From Bacilli bacterium (GTDB taxonomy: Bacteria; Bacillota_I; Bacilli_A; RFN20; CAG-826), in assembly GCA_024408655.1 (NCBI GenBank), contig JAKSUV010000005.1, forward strand, positions 2,730-66,729: a stretch of 64,000 nucleotides of DNA, in the 5' to 3' direction. The notes below the pieces were generated by a model. That model was not told the origin of the DNA. It made no database searches and saw only the letters and a list, made by a program, of their open reading frames with translations. Position numbers and translations under genes: made by a program. Below, one piece after another: positions 26,291 through 35,810 of this stretch. Every line of letters begins with the position of its first letter. Positions within the stretch are counted from its first letter, which is position 1.

Positions 26291-28038
26291 CCATCAATCT
26301 CCTCAATCGCCCAATTATTTGGATTTAAGAAACGAGGATAATCTGCCCACCCAAATTCTTCCTTCAAACCCGGATAGCAATAAATTGTCCCCGCGGTGGC
26401 GGTCCCCATTAACCAATCAATCGCAGTGCTTACATATCCATTAAAAGTCTCTAAATGAATTTCCACTGAATTAAGCACCGAACAATTCTTAAACATGTAG
26501 CGACACGCGGTGAATAAATTATGATCAGTAATTGTTTGATGATATTGTCTTGCCTTAATAATCGGTGCCACGGTTAAAGAAGAGCAACCTTCAAACATGC
26601 TTTCGTAGCAAGCGGGAAATAAATCGTCAGCGGGTAACTCCGATCCAATTCTTTCTAAACTTGTGCAACCCTTAAACATGTTTTTATAGCATGAATCAGA
26701 AATATGAGTTGCAGATAAAGATGGTCCAACTTTTAAGGAAAGACAATTTTCAAACATGCTTTCGTAGCATGAATGGCAAGGCCCAGATGAACCACGAAGC
26801 CAACTGTAATTTAAATGAGGTGGCTCAACTAATTTAAGGCAATTTTTAAACATTTTTTCAAACGATGAATTAGCATTGATTTCGCTATATGGCTCACCTT
26901 CACCAAATGTTAAAGAATCCGCGCTCAATAGTTCTGAACAGCCTTCAAACATACTTGCGAAAGTGTAGTCGCCAGGAGTTATGCCACTAACCGGTTGTTC
27001 TTCCTTCGGAATCACAATATTCGGCACGCCGAGTAATCGATTACAATTAATAAACATGCCATCACACATCCAATCGGGCAGTTCTTCAAAATATAAAAGT
27101 AAATTAGAAGCATCAACAATCGGCGCGCCTTCAAATAAATGATAGAAACCATATTCGCGAACAGCGTTTGTACTAGCGATTGGACCGTTCACATTAAAAT
27201 AACCGCCACTATTGCAAGTAAAGGAAAGATAGTCATTTGGATTTTCCGCAAAACTGACTTCGTTACCTTTCGTCGCGATGACAAAATTTTTTCCCGCTTC
27301 CGGCATAGCAGTTGCTGTCCATCTTGTCATATTCTTGACTTCATCGGTTGGGTTATAAGAAAAATATAGTTCAATATCATCCGCAAGAGAAAAATCGCCA
27401 TGCGTAATCGCTTGAATTTGTGTATCACTAGTTAATGGCTCAAAATACACCCACTTTTCGTTTTGCCATTTAGCGATCAAATGGAGATCTCTCGTGACAA
27501 TTCGTTTAGTAAAATCATAAGGTTGAGGGTTAAGTTTATTTTCGTACCAGCCCATAAATTTAAATCCTTTACGGGTCGGAGGAGTGGCGGGCTCTTCCGC
27601 ACGGAAGCCCGGTTTCACATACTGAGTTTCTATCTCGCCCGTTCCCCCATCAGTATCAAAAGTAACTTCGCAAATAGTTTCCACAGACGCTAACGAAATA
27701 ACATAAGCGTCTTCCATCTTAATGGAGAAGTTAGCGGTTTTGGCATCTTCGCTAAGCTGGTATTGATATTTAGTTGTAGGAACAACTTCTTTTACACTGT
27801 CATAAACCGTGATGGTATCAGGTAGATGATAAAACGCTTGCACAGAGTCATTAATTTTAATCACCCCATTGGCGGTCTCGTTATACTTATAATATTTGCC
27901 TTCAACATCTAATTGACACCACGTATCAGCAGCTAAGGTCAACGAATAATTTCTAGATGGATGTGGATCCTCGCCCCCACCACAAGAAGTTAGAGCAAGC
28001 GGGAAAAGAAGAAAACTAAGAGTCAATGTCCGCTTCAT
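26287..28038 (-). CDS. Surface lipoprotein with one Flg_new-type repeat and ~25-aa Cys-containing LRR-like repeats
   Basis: Lipobox ALTSC. Also FKFMGWYEN..LHLIAKW, and periodic MFEGCSELL / MFKNCLKLV / MFENCLSLK / MFKGCTSLE / MFEGCSSLT / MFKNCSVLN units. Confidence 0.85.
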   Translation of the reverse strand: MKRTLTLSFLLFPLALTSCGGGEDPHPSRNYSLTLAADTWCQLDVEGKYYKYNETANGVIKINDSVQAFYHLPDTITVYDSVKEVVPTTKYQYQLSEDAKTANFSIKMEDAYVISLASVETICEVTFDTDGGTGEIETQYVKPGFRAEEPATPPTRKGFKFMGWYENKLNPQPYDFTKRIVTRDLHLIAKWQNEKWVYFEPLTSDTQIQAITHGDFSLADDIELYFSYNPTDEVKNMTRWTATAMPEAGKNFVIATKGNEVSFAENPNDYLSFTCNSGGYFNVNGPIASTNAVREYGFYHLFEGAPIVDASNLLLYFEELPDWMCDGMFINCNRLLGVPNIVIPKEEQPVSGITPGDYTFASMFEGCSELLSADSLTFGEGEPYSEINANSSFEKMFKNCLKLVEPPHLNYSWLRGSSGPCHSCYESMFENCLSLKVGPSLSATHISDSCYKNMFKGCTSLERIGSELPADDLFPACYESMFEGCSSLTVAPIIKARQYHQTITDHNLFTACRYMFKNCSVLNSVEIHLETFNGYVSTAIDWLMGTATAGTIYCYPGLKEEFGWADYPRFLNPNNWAIEEIDG

Positions 28039-29792
28039 ACATCTGCTCCTTTAACGCGGCTAAGATCAACTTTCCCATCCCACGCTTCTTTAAAATCGTC
28101 TATTCGGCTGTTAGGAACATAAATGGGATAAGTAGCCGAACTGTTACCATCGTTTTCAAAGGTTTTATTAGTGATGGCAGGAATGGCAGGAAGTTGACCA
28201 TTAATCTCTTTATTAAAATTAACGAAGGAAATTGAATCATCATTTTCGTTTAATGAATTAGAGAACACATAATCGCCAAGATCGAGCGTTATATCAAACT
28301 TTGAGAAAAATGGAGCAGGAATATTAATAGTGCCTAAAGTCGGACTATTCGCAAACGCAAAATTACCAATGCTTTGTAAAGTTGAAAAACCATTGTCCGG
28401 GTCTGTCTCAAAATCAACACCATAATATTGATTGTCTACACCACAATTAGCGAAAGCATAGTCACCAATTATATGAGTGCCGTAAGGAAGGGGATGACCC
28501 ACCGGGGATAATAGTCCTATCTTATTACATCCAATAAACGAACATGTCCCAAATTCAATCAATGATGGTTCAGAAAAATTTTGAATATATAAAGTTTCTA
28601 GTTTTTCGCAATTAGCGAATGCATAGTCACCAATGGTTCGATATAAGGAAGAGTTTTCGTGAATATGAATATTTACATGAGTGATATTTTCGGCACCATT
28701 AAAAGCATAATCGGCAATTTGTTTATCGTTAAAACGCCAATGAACGCTGGTTATATATTCGTTTGCTGGGTAAACTGGATTGGTCGACTTATTAAAAAAT
28801 CTGATTTGGCTCTCTTCCCCAATTTTTGGAAAAATTGCAATTTGTTTTTCTTTGTTCTGTTTAACATCACTATAAATATGCGAACTATCATCATTATAAA
28901 TAGAACTCTCTGGTTCTAGAGGGTTATTATTCCAATTGATTAAATATACAGGAGAAATCGCATTAAATCCGGCTTCGATTTCGCCTTCACATTCATCAGG
29001 AAACTTATAATCAATAGTGGTTTTGCTTGTTCCATAATCAAGTGCGTCAATTTCAAGATGAGTATCACCTAAACATGGCATTAAGAATTGACCAGTAAAG
29101 CGATTATAATCATACAAACGATCGCTTACTTTCTTGCCATCAACTTTCACAGTTATATTTTCAGGTAAAGCATAATCAAGCAAATGATCAATTTTTAAAG
29201 ATATTTTTTGGTTGTAATACACATCGTCTATACTACCCTCTGTCTGATTGTTAATTCTACAATTAGTACACGTAAATGATATTGGGCACTTATTCCAGGT
29301 CGATTGATAGTGAGCGTAATAATCGGTATTGCTAGTAATGGGGCCAATCTTTGGTTCCCATCCATCAAATTCGTAAATGGCTTCCCTACCTTCTTTAGAA
29401 GGAATGACGCTACCTGTATATTGAACTGTCGCTCCATAAGGAACATCGGTGATGGTTTGTAGTTTAGTTCCCTCGGCATCCGTATTATAAAAATTAACCG
29501 TAAAAGTGCGGATGTTTGCTTTATAAGAAGCAACATAGACGGTATTTTTAGTTATCGGCACAACATTTGGTGACCAGCCAGTAAAAGTGTATGAATATTT
29601 TTCATCGTCGCGCGATGTTGGCTTTTTCCCATTATAAGTTGGGACGCTTCCTTGAGGAACGCCTTTATCAACTTCTAAAACACTACCATCATCATTAAGC
29701 CACATGACAGTGTATTTCTCTTTACTTTGGCACGCGATTAAAGAGGTTCCAAATAAGAACAATGATAATAAAGTAATTACTTTATTTTTCAT
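28035..29792 (-). CDS. Surface lipoprotein (Flg_new-type repeats plus BspA-type LRRs), first gene of the operon
   Basis: I prefer the start at MKNKVITLLSLFLFGTSLIAC (ATG 29792, lipobox LIAC) over the track's 29906. Also YTFTGWSP and YEFDGWEP repeats, with DYAFANCEKLETL / DYAFANCG / NFAFANSPTL LRR units. Confidence 0.85.
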   Translation of the reverse strand: MKNKVITLLSLFLFGTSLIACQSKEKYTVMWLNDDGSVLEVDKGVPQGSVPTYNGKKPTSRDDEKYSYTFTGWSPNVVPITKNTVYVASYKANIRTFTVNFYNTDAEGTKLQTITDVPYGATVQYTGSVIPSKEGREAIYEFDGWEPKIGPITSNTDYYAHYQSTWNKCPISFTCTNCRINNQTEGSIDDVYYNQKISLKIDHLLDYALPENITVKVDGKKVSDRLYDYNRFTGQFLMPCLGDTHLEIDALDYGTSKTTIDYKFPDECEGEIEAGFNAISPVYLINWNNNPLEPESSIYNDDSSHIYSDVKQNKEKQIAIFPKIGEESQIRFFNKSTNPVYPANEYITSVHWRFNDKQIADYAFNGAENITHVNIHIHENSSLYRTIGDYAFANCEKLETLYIQNFSEPSLIEFGTCSFIGCNKIGLLSPVGHPLPYGTHIIGDYAFANCGVDNQYYGVDFETDPDNGFSTLQSIGNFAFANSPTLGTINIPAPFFSKFDITLDLGDYVFSNSLNENDDSISFVNFNKEINGQLPAIPAITNKTFENDGNSSATYPIYVPNSRIDDFKEAWDGKVDLSRVKGADV

Positions 29793-29947
29793 CTTAGTAA
29801 AATTATAACTTTTTTTATTAGCTTTCCGCAACTTTAACAAAATGTTAATTAGATTAGTTAGTCGCCTCATTTTATTACTACTTAACAAAACAAAACACAA
29901 ACTCATGCCAATTTGGTGTATGCTATTAAACGTAACGAGGTACCTTT

Positions 29948-30721
29948 ATGCCAAACAAAACAAAGAAAAATGTTGCTAAAGAAGCAAAACCAGTAAAAGC
30001 GGAAGCCGCTCCCGTCAAAGAAGTGGCGCCTAAGAAAGGCCCTACTCCAACCAAGATGCGGGCACGTGACTACCGTCATAAGGCGATCGACATTGTTAAA
30101 CCAATGAGCGGCGACTTTGCGGTGACTTATTTAGTCTATTCGGTGATTATCGGTGCCTTTAGTGCAATTGCGGGCGCACTTGCTCTCATTGACCCAATGA
30201 AATTTGATCCAGCGACTCAAACCTTTTCTGGTAGTGGCGTTGGGATGGCGATTAGTTCAGCTTTAATTGCGCTCTTCACGATTCTTACGACCGGCGCCTT
30301 TACTTATAGTTTGATTAATTTATCAAGACAAGCTAGAGCGAAAAAGAAACCAACCGTCGGTGGTATTTTCTATGGTTTCAAAGAAAGATACACCCAATCA
30401 TTAGGGGTCTACGTCATGCAAACCATCTTCACCGCGTTATGGACTTTATTACTCATCATCCCTGGTATCATTAAGTCATTCTCTTATTCAATGGCGCTTT
30501 ACATCGCGTTAGATAATCCAAACAAGACCACGCTTGATTGCATTACCGAAAGCCGCAAACTCATGAACGGAAACAAATGGAAGCTCTTCTGCTTAAGAAT
30601 TAGCTATATCGGCTGGTTTATCCTTATGATTCTTACTTTAGGTATTCTTGGTTTCTGGGTGTTACCAAAGTTTAATCAAGCGCAATACGAATTCTATCTT
30701 CATATTACGCATAAAGACTAA
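29948..30721 (+). CDS. DUF975-like integral membrane protein with a Lys/Pro-rich N-terminal tail
   Basis: Multi-TM protein. The C-terminal pattern ISYIGWFILMILTLGILGFWVLPKFNQAQYEFY resembles DUF975. GAGG lies upstream of the ATG. Confidence 0.6.
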   Translation: MPNKTKKNVAKEAKPVKAEAAPVKEVAPKKGPTPTKMRARDYRHKAIDIVKPMSGDFAVTYLVYSVIIGAFSAIAGALALIDPMKFDPATQTFSGSGVGMAISSALIALFTILTTGAFTYSLINLSRQARAKKKPTVGGIFYGFKERYTQSLGVYVMQTIFTALWTLLLIIPGIIKSFSYSMALYIALDNPNKTTLDCITESRKLMNGNKWKLFCLRISYIGWFILMILTLGILGFWVLPKFNQAQYEFYLHITHKD

Positions 30722-30737
30722 TTGAGGTATTAACAAA

Positions 30738-30766
30738 AGAAATCCCACGCTCGTGGGATTTTTCTT
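30738..30766. terminator. Bidirectional terminator hairpin between convergent genes
   Basis: AATCCCAC-gctc-GTGGGATT is flanked by an A-run and a T-run. Confidence 0.75.
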
Positions 30767-30783
30767 TATATAAAATAATTAAT

Positions 30784-32028
30784 TTATTTAACCCAATTGC
30801 CGTTACGGAAAATGGGAATCTCTTTACCATCGTAGGTTGTCGCGGTGATGTTTAAATCGGGCGTACCAATCATAAAGTCACAATGAACGCCCGATTGATT
30901 AAGCCCTAAATGATGTAAATGACGCTTTGAATATCTTTCCCCGTGATCAATATTCGCGGCAAAGCCAAAACCAAGCGCTAAATGACAAGAAGAGTTCTCA
31001 TCATAAAGGGTGTTATAAAACACCATCTTCGTTTGACTAATTGGCGAAGTATAAGGAACTAACGCTACTTCCCCTAAATGGTGAGAGCCCTCGTCATAAT
31101 CTAAAATCTTGCGGAGCGTCTCTTCGTTCTTTTTCGCGTGCATTTCGACCACCCGGCCATTTTTAAAGCGGAAGTAGAAATCCTCAATAAGCGTGTTATC
31201 TTCCACTAATGGACGCGCCGAATATACGATTCCGTCCGCCTTATGATAATCTGGCGCGACAAATACTTCTTCGGTAGGGAAATTAGGATTAAAAGGCTCG
31301 CCATCAACGGAGTGATAACCACCAACAAAACGCGAACATTTCATTAAACCGATGGTGAGATCAGTGCCAAGTTTATTCGTATAATGTAAGGATTTAATAT
31401 GTAAAGAATTTAACCATTCCGCCCGATCACGGAGTTCACGGTTATGTTTTTCCCAATTTTTAATTGCCTTATCTTTTTCAACATAACAACACTTAAAAAT
31501 TACTTCCCAAAGTTTATTAATCGCGGCTTCATCACTCAATTTGGGGAAAAGTTTCTTTGCCCAAGAGCCATTGGGAATACAACATCCCGTCCAATGAGTA
31601 TTTAAAGAGGTTTGGTAATAATACTTTGCAATCGCGGCACGACGGGCTAAGCCAATTTCGGTTACTTTTTTACTATCAACTCCATCCATCGTATCGTAAT
31701 ATTGTTCGTAGCAAGTAATTAAAGGTATCCGGTTAGTGGCCGAAAATTTCCAATTTTGGATTTGGTGCGGATAAACTTTCTTTAATTCTTTTTTATCGCC
31801 ATAAATATAGTTAATCCGATCAATGTAAGGATCGGAATAGAGGGGAAACACCCGTTTCACGGATGGTGAATTTTTATAAATTTCTTCCACGAGAATCCGG
31901 GAAAATTCTAAATCATCAGTCGGAACCGTTACTTCCACGTAACGTTGAGTGGTTAAGTGTAAACCTAATTTGACGAGCATTCGCGCATATTCGCGTTTTA
32001 AAATTAATAGTTCATTTTTCGTTAGCAT
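30784..32028 (-). CDS. M29 (AmpS/PepS-type) aminopeptidase, paralog 1
   Basis: About 414 aa. Conserved blocks LHYTNKLGTDLTIG, HLGEVALVP, LYDENSSCHLALG and DFMIGTPDLNI. Confidence 0.9.
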   Translation of the reverse strand: MLTKNELLILKREYARMLVKLGLHLTTQRYVEVTVPTDDLEFSRILVEEIYKNSPSVKRVFPLYSDPYIDRINYIYGDKKELKKVYPHQIQNWKFSATNRIPLITCYEQYYDTMDGVDSKKVTEIGLARRAAIAKYYYQTSLNTHWTGCCIPNGSWAKKLFPKLSDEAAINKLWEVIFKCCYVEKDKAIKNWEKHNRELRDRAEWLNSLHIKSLHYTNKLGTDLTIGLMKCSRFVGGYHSVDGEPFNPNFPTEEVFVAPDYHKADGIVYSARPLVEDNTLIEDFYFRFKNGRVVEMHAKKNEETLRKILDYDEGSHHLGEVALVPYTSPISQTKMVFYNTLYDENSSCHLALGFGFAANIDHGERYSKRHLHHLGLNQSGVHCDFMIGTPDLNITATTYDGKEIPIFRNGNWVK

Positions 32029-32048
32029 GTTGTCTATTTTAGCACTTC

Positions 32049-32720
32049 TTAATTATCTTTGTGCGACAAAAATTTGGTTAAGAGATAAAAAAGGTAAGTG
32101 CCGATGACATTTCCAAAAAGAATTAAGAGGAGATTTAGCACACTACCAATGTTCCAAATCGCGGCAAAAGCGATATAAAAAACGTTCGTAAATAAATTTT
32201 CAAAACCCAGGATAATATATAGACCAACAGTTAACACCGGCGCCAGCGCCCTTAGCACTGGATGAACATTGCTCCGATAAATACGCGTCGCACAGGCAAT
32301 CATTAAGCCACAGATAAAACCGGAAATTAATGTCATATACCACTCTTTTCCAGCAATCTCACCCACATGCGTAATACGCGCTTCCACCATCTTAATCGCG
32401 GTGCTAATATAATCAATATTATGATTAGTGACGACGCGTAATAAATAAGCAAAACCAATAATGCTCGCCACGTTTAAACATAAACAAATGACAATGTTTA
32501 ATAAACAAAGACCTTTCTTTTTGCTCGTGAATACTTCTGTTAAATGACGGTTATATAAATCAAGACCTAAATAAGAAATTAAGAGTAACGCTAAACCTTG
32601 GAGAAAGGCGCCCGCAATATAAGCGTCGAGGCTTTTCATTACCACAAGTTCAAAACCCGCGAGGGCCATAATAAAACCGGCAACGATAGAAGAAACGACA
32701 TAGCGAAGTGTTTTTTTCAT
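32049..32720 (-). CDS. Formate/nitrite transporter (FNT)-like channel protein
   Basis: Six predicted TMs. LGLDLYN and NIVICLCLN resemble the two FNT signature regions. Confidence 0.5.
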   Translation of the reverse strand: MKKTLRYVVSSIVAGFIMALAGFELVVMKSLDAYIAGAFLQGLALLLISYLGLDLYNRHLTEVFTSKKKGLCLLNIVICLCLNVASIIGFAYLLRVVTNHNIDYISTAIKMVEARITHVGEIAGKEWYMTLISGFICGLMIACATRIYRSNVHPVLRALAPVLTVGLYIILGFENLFTNVFYIAFAAIWNIGSVLNLLLILFGNVIGTYLFYLLTKFLSHKDN

Positions 32721-32722
32721 AA

Positions 32723-33970
32723 TTACATTTTAGCCCAATCCCCGTTTTGGAAAATCGGAACTTGTTTCCCATCGTGCGTTGTCGCGGTGATATTTAAATC
32801 AGGTGTACCAATCATAAAATCAATGTGCGTGCTCGAAAAATTTAAACCCGCTCGTTTTAATTGCCGGTGATTCATCTTATCGTGGCCACGATAAGTGTAA
32901 GAATAACATTCACCAAAGGCAAAGTGACAAGAAGCGTTCTCATCAAAAAGGGTATTATAGAATAAAATTCCGGTTTGGCTAATGGGTGAATGAAACGGCA
33001 CTAACGCCGCTTCACCAAGATAGCGAGCGTTCGGATCAGTTTTAATTAAAGTCTTTAATAGCGCCTCGTTCTTTTTCGCGGTCGCTTTCACAATTTTTCC
33101 ATGACGGAAATGAAGGCAGATGCCCTCAATCATCTGACCGTTTTCGCATAATGGTTTACTTGCGTAAACAACGCCTTCCGTCTTGAGACGGTGTGGGGAA
33201 ACAAATGCTTCTTCGGATGGAATATTCGAATAATAAATACGATGCGTATAGCGGTCATAATCAGCGGTCGCCGCAAAACGATAACGCTCCGTCATCCCAA
33301 TGGTTAAATCAGTACCAAGTTTATTCGTGTAATGTAATGACTTAATATTAAGTGAATTAAGCCACTTGGCGCGAGCTGCAAGGTGACGACATTTTTCATC
33401 CCATATTTTATATGGATCAGTTAACGTCACCCCCGAGACTTTAAAAATTGTTTCCCATAATGCCATTTCCGCTTTTTCAGGAGTGAGTTTAGGAAATACG
33501 CGCTTCGCCCACGCTTTGCTTGGAACACACGCAATTGTGTAGGGGGCGTAATAAAAATTACTGGCGCGACGAAGCTTATTCACATAGTGACGCGAAATTT
33601 GGTTGGGCCGCGAAATCTTTTTCGCATCAACGCCATTTAAATAATAAGGGTCCTCGCTCTCTAATCGGATGGAGGAGAAATTATGTTTAATCGCGTATTT
33701 CTTTTCTTCTTTCCAATATGGTAACAGTTTTTTTAATTCACCCAATTCGGTCCGTTCATAAATCATCCGCTCCACTTCCGCAGAAGTTAATTTAACAATC
33801 ACGTGCTTAGCGCCGGCTTTATAACATTCTTCGGTTAAGATGTTAACAAACTCGGGTTGATCGATGCTAGCATCAATTTTAATAATTCGCCCTTTTGGCA
33901 AATTGAGTCCGCGATAAACAATCAATTTCGCGTAATTATGTAATAACTTTAAAAATCTCTCATTATTCAT
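32723..33970 (-). CDS. M29 aminopeptidase, paralog 2
   Basis: Same conserved blocks as paralog 1. The preferred start MNNERF at 33970 gives an ATGA overlap with the upstream stop. Confidence 0.9.
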   Translation of the reverse strand: MNNERFLKLLHNYAKLIVYRGLNLPKGRIIKIDASIDQPEFVNILTEECYKAGAKHVIVKLTSAEVERMIYERTELGELKKLLPYWKEEKKYAIKHNFSSIRLESEDPYYLNGVDAKKISRPNQISRHYVNKLRRASNFYYAPYTIACVPSKAWAKRVFPKLTPEKAEMALWETIFKVSGVTLTDPYKIWDEKCRHLAARAKWLNSLNIKSLHYTNKLGTDLTIGMTERYRFAATADYDRYTHRIYYSNIPSEEAFVSPHRLKTEGVVYASKPLCENGQMIEGICLHFRHGKIVKATAKKNEALLKTLIKTDPNARYLGEAALVPFHSPISQTGILFYNTLFDENASCHFAFGECYSYTYRGHDKMNHRQLKRAGLNFSSTHIDFMIGTPDLNITATTHDGKQVPIFQNGDWAKM

Positions 33971-35220
33971 ATTTTCTTTGCCCAATTCCCGTTTTTAAAT
34001 ATTTGTATTTTGCGGTTATCACGAGTCGTTGCGACAATGTTTAAATCATCGGTTCCAATCATAAAATCCGTATGAGTGCTCGCCCGGTTAATCCCGTGTT
34101 TAATCCGTTGTTCATCACTCCAATGGCGCGCCCGTTTTTCGTAAGTCGAAAGTAAAGAATAGCCAAAAGCAAAATGGCACGCGGCGTTCTCATCAAAAAT
34201 TGTTTGGTAATAAATCATTTTCGTGTTACTAACAGGGGAATCGTATGGCACTAAAGCGAGTTCCCCTAAATAATGAGCGCCCTCATCGGTACTAATCATT
34301 TTCTTTAAAAAAGCTTCGCCCTTTTTCGCACTCACTTCGACAATTCGTCCTTTATGGAAGCGAATCTTGATGCCATCCATCATATGGCCATTGCGGCATA
34401 ACGGTTTACTCGCATATACTACCCCTTCAGTCACTAAGCGATTGGGTGAGGTATAAGTTTCCACTGCCGGCATGTTGGAATTAAATGGTGATTTCGTTTC
34501 ATCCGCGTGAGCCCCACCGCAAAAATGCGCATGAGGATTCACACCCACAATTAAATCGGTGCCAAGTTTATTCGTGTAATGTAAGGTTTTAATATGTAAA
34601 GAATCAAGCCACTTGGCGCGGGCTTTAATTTCTTTATTAAATTTCCGCCAATTCTCCACTGGGTCGCCTTTTAGGCAACGGCAGCACTCTAAAGTCTTTT
34701 CCCACATTTTATTCATCGCGACTTCGTCAGTGTCGTTCGGGAATAAACGCTTGGCCCAATCATGACCTGGTAAAGCCGCTAAACACCAAGGTGTTTCGAC
34801 CATATCCATCTTCACGCGGTAAGGACGAGCAATCTTCGCCACGGCTAACCGACGTTTCATGACCTTATCCGCATCAACACCATCCATCCACGCGGGGTCC
34901 CAAGATTCAAGGGTCACCTTCGCGGTATTTTGTTTTGCATCATATTTAATCCGCGATACTTCATACGGATAAACTTTCATTAATTCATCAGCGTCGGTAT
35001 ATTGATAAATCGTTTTTAATAATGGACGATATGTCCAATGCACGTCAACGCGTTTTGCCCCCCGATCATAAAGCTCTTCCATGAGCATTAAAACAAAATC
35101 CGGTTGATCAATATCCGCGTTAATTTGGCACACCCGGTTCTTAACGTTATTAAGCCCGCACACCGCAATTAAATGGGCGTACTTCCGCTTATATTCCTCA
35201 AGCTTTTTGGGGCTAATCAT
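33967..35220 (-). CDS. M29 aminopeptidase, paralog 3
   Basis: Same conserved blocks as paralog 1. The preferred start MISPKKLEEYK at 35220 gives an ATGA overlap with the ThyX-like stop. Confidence 0.9.
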   Translation of the reverse strand: MISPKKLEEYKRKYAHLIAVCGLNNVKNRVCQINADIDQPDFVLMLMEELYDRGAKRVDVHWTYRPLLKTIYQYTDADELMKVYPYEVSRIKYDAKQNTAKVTLESWDPAWMDGVDADKVMKRRLAVAKIARPYRVKMDMVETPWCLAALPGHDWAKRLFPNDTDEVAMNKMWEKTLECCRCLKGDPVENWRKFNKEIKARAKWLDSLHIKTLHYTNKLGTDLIVGVNPHAHFCGGAHADETKSPFNSNMPAVETYTSPNRLVTEGVVYASKPLCRNGHMMDGIKIRFHKGRIVEVSAKKGEAFLKKMISTDEGAHYLGELALVPYDSPVSNTKMIYYQTIFDENAACHFAFGYSLLSTYEKRARHWSDEQRIKHGINRASTHTDFMIGTDDLNIVATTRDNRKIQIFKNGNWAKKI

Positions 35221-35810
35221 AATTTGTCGACTCCCGTTAACTCGATAAAGTGTGGTAAACTTTCGCACCACTCACAAAACACATGCCACTCACTTAATTT
35301 ATGATTCCGCCGTTGAAGATACATCGTTTTTAATTGTTGGTAGTTCGTGGTCATCGTCGCTCCAAGACAAAATCCACAAGGTAAAGAAGCCACTAATTCC
35401 CGCCACTTTTCGTTCCGCTTTGGATCATTTAAATCTAATTTTAAAACCGCATCGGCTTTTTCTTGAGCAATCGCAATCACTCGAGGATCAGTGGTTTTGA
35501 CACATTGATCCGCCACTTTAAACTTTAGTAAGCAGTGCATCGTCGATTGACTACTCACAAAATCAAACCAATGATAACGTTGGGCTTGTTTCCACCAATA
35601 TAAGGGAGCGTAAACATCTAAATGCACTAAAATGCCTTTTAAATAATTATCGTGGCCTTGACCATTCCGCGCTCCACCAAGTTTAGCGGCACGGGTAAAA
35701 TCTTTTTCATCGCAAGTACCACTATCAATTTCGGTTCGCATTGGGTTACCACTCGCCTTAACGGCGCGCTCTAAACCATAGACAAAGCTATTTTCAATTT
35801 TGAATTCCAT
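35217..35810 (-). CDS. Divergent ThyX-fold protein (canonical RHR..S.RY motif altered)
   Basis: HDNYLKGILVHLDVYAPLYWWKQAQRYHWFDFVSSQSTMH aligns by eye with ThyX [39 protein letters not shown]. A later LP....T.N...L......R block is also ThyX-like. The gene overlaps folD by 17 nt. Confidence 0.55.
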   Translation of the reverse strand: MEFKIENSFVYGLERAVKASGNPMRTEIDSGTCDEKDFTRAAKLGGARNGQGHDNYLKGILVHLDVYAPLYWWKQAQRYHWFDFVSSQSTMHCLLKFKVADQCVKTTDPRVIAIAQEKADAVLKLDLNDPKRNEKWRELVASLPCGFCLGATMTTNYQQLKTMYLQRRNHKLSEWHVFCEWCESLPHFIELTGVDKL

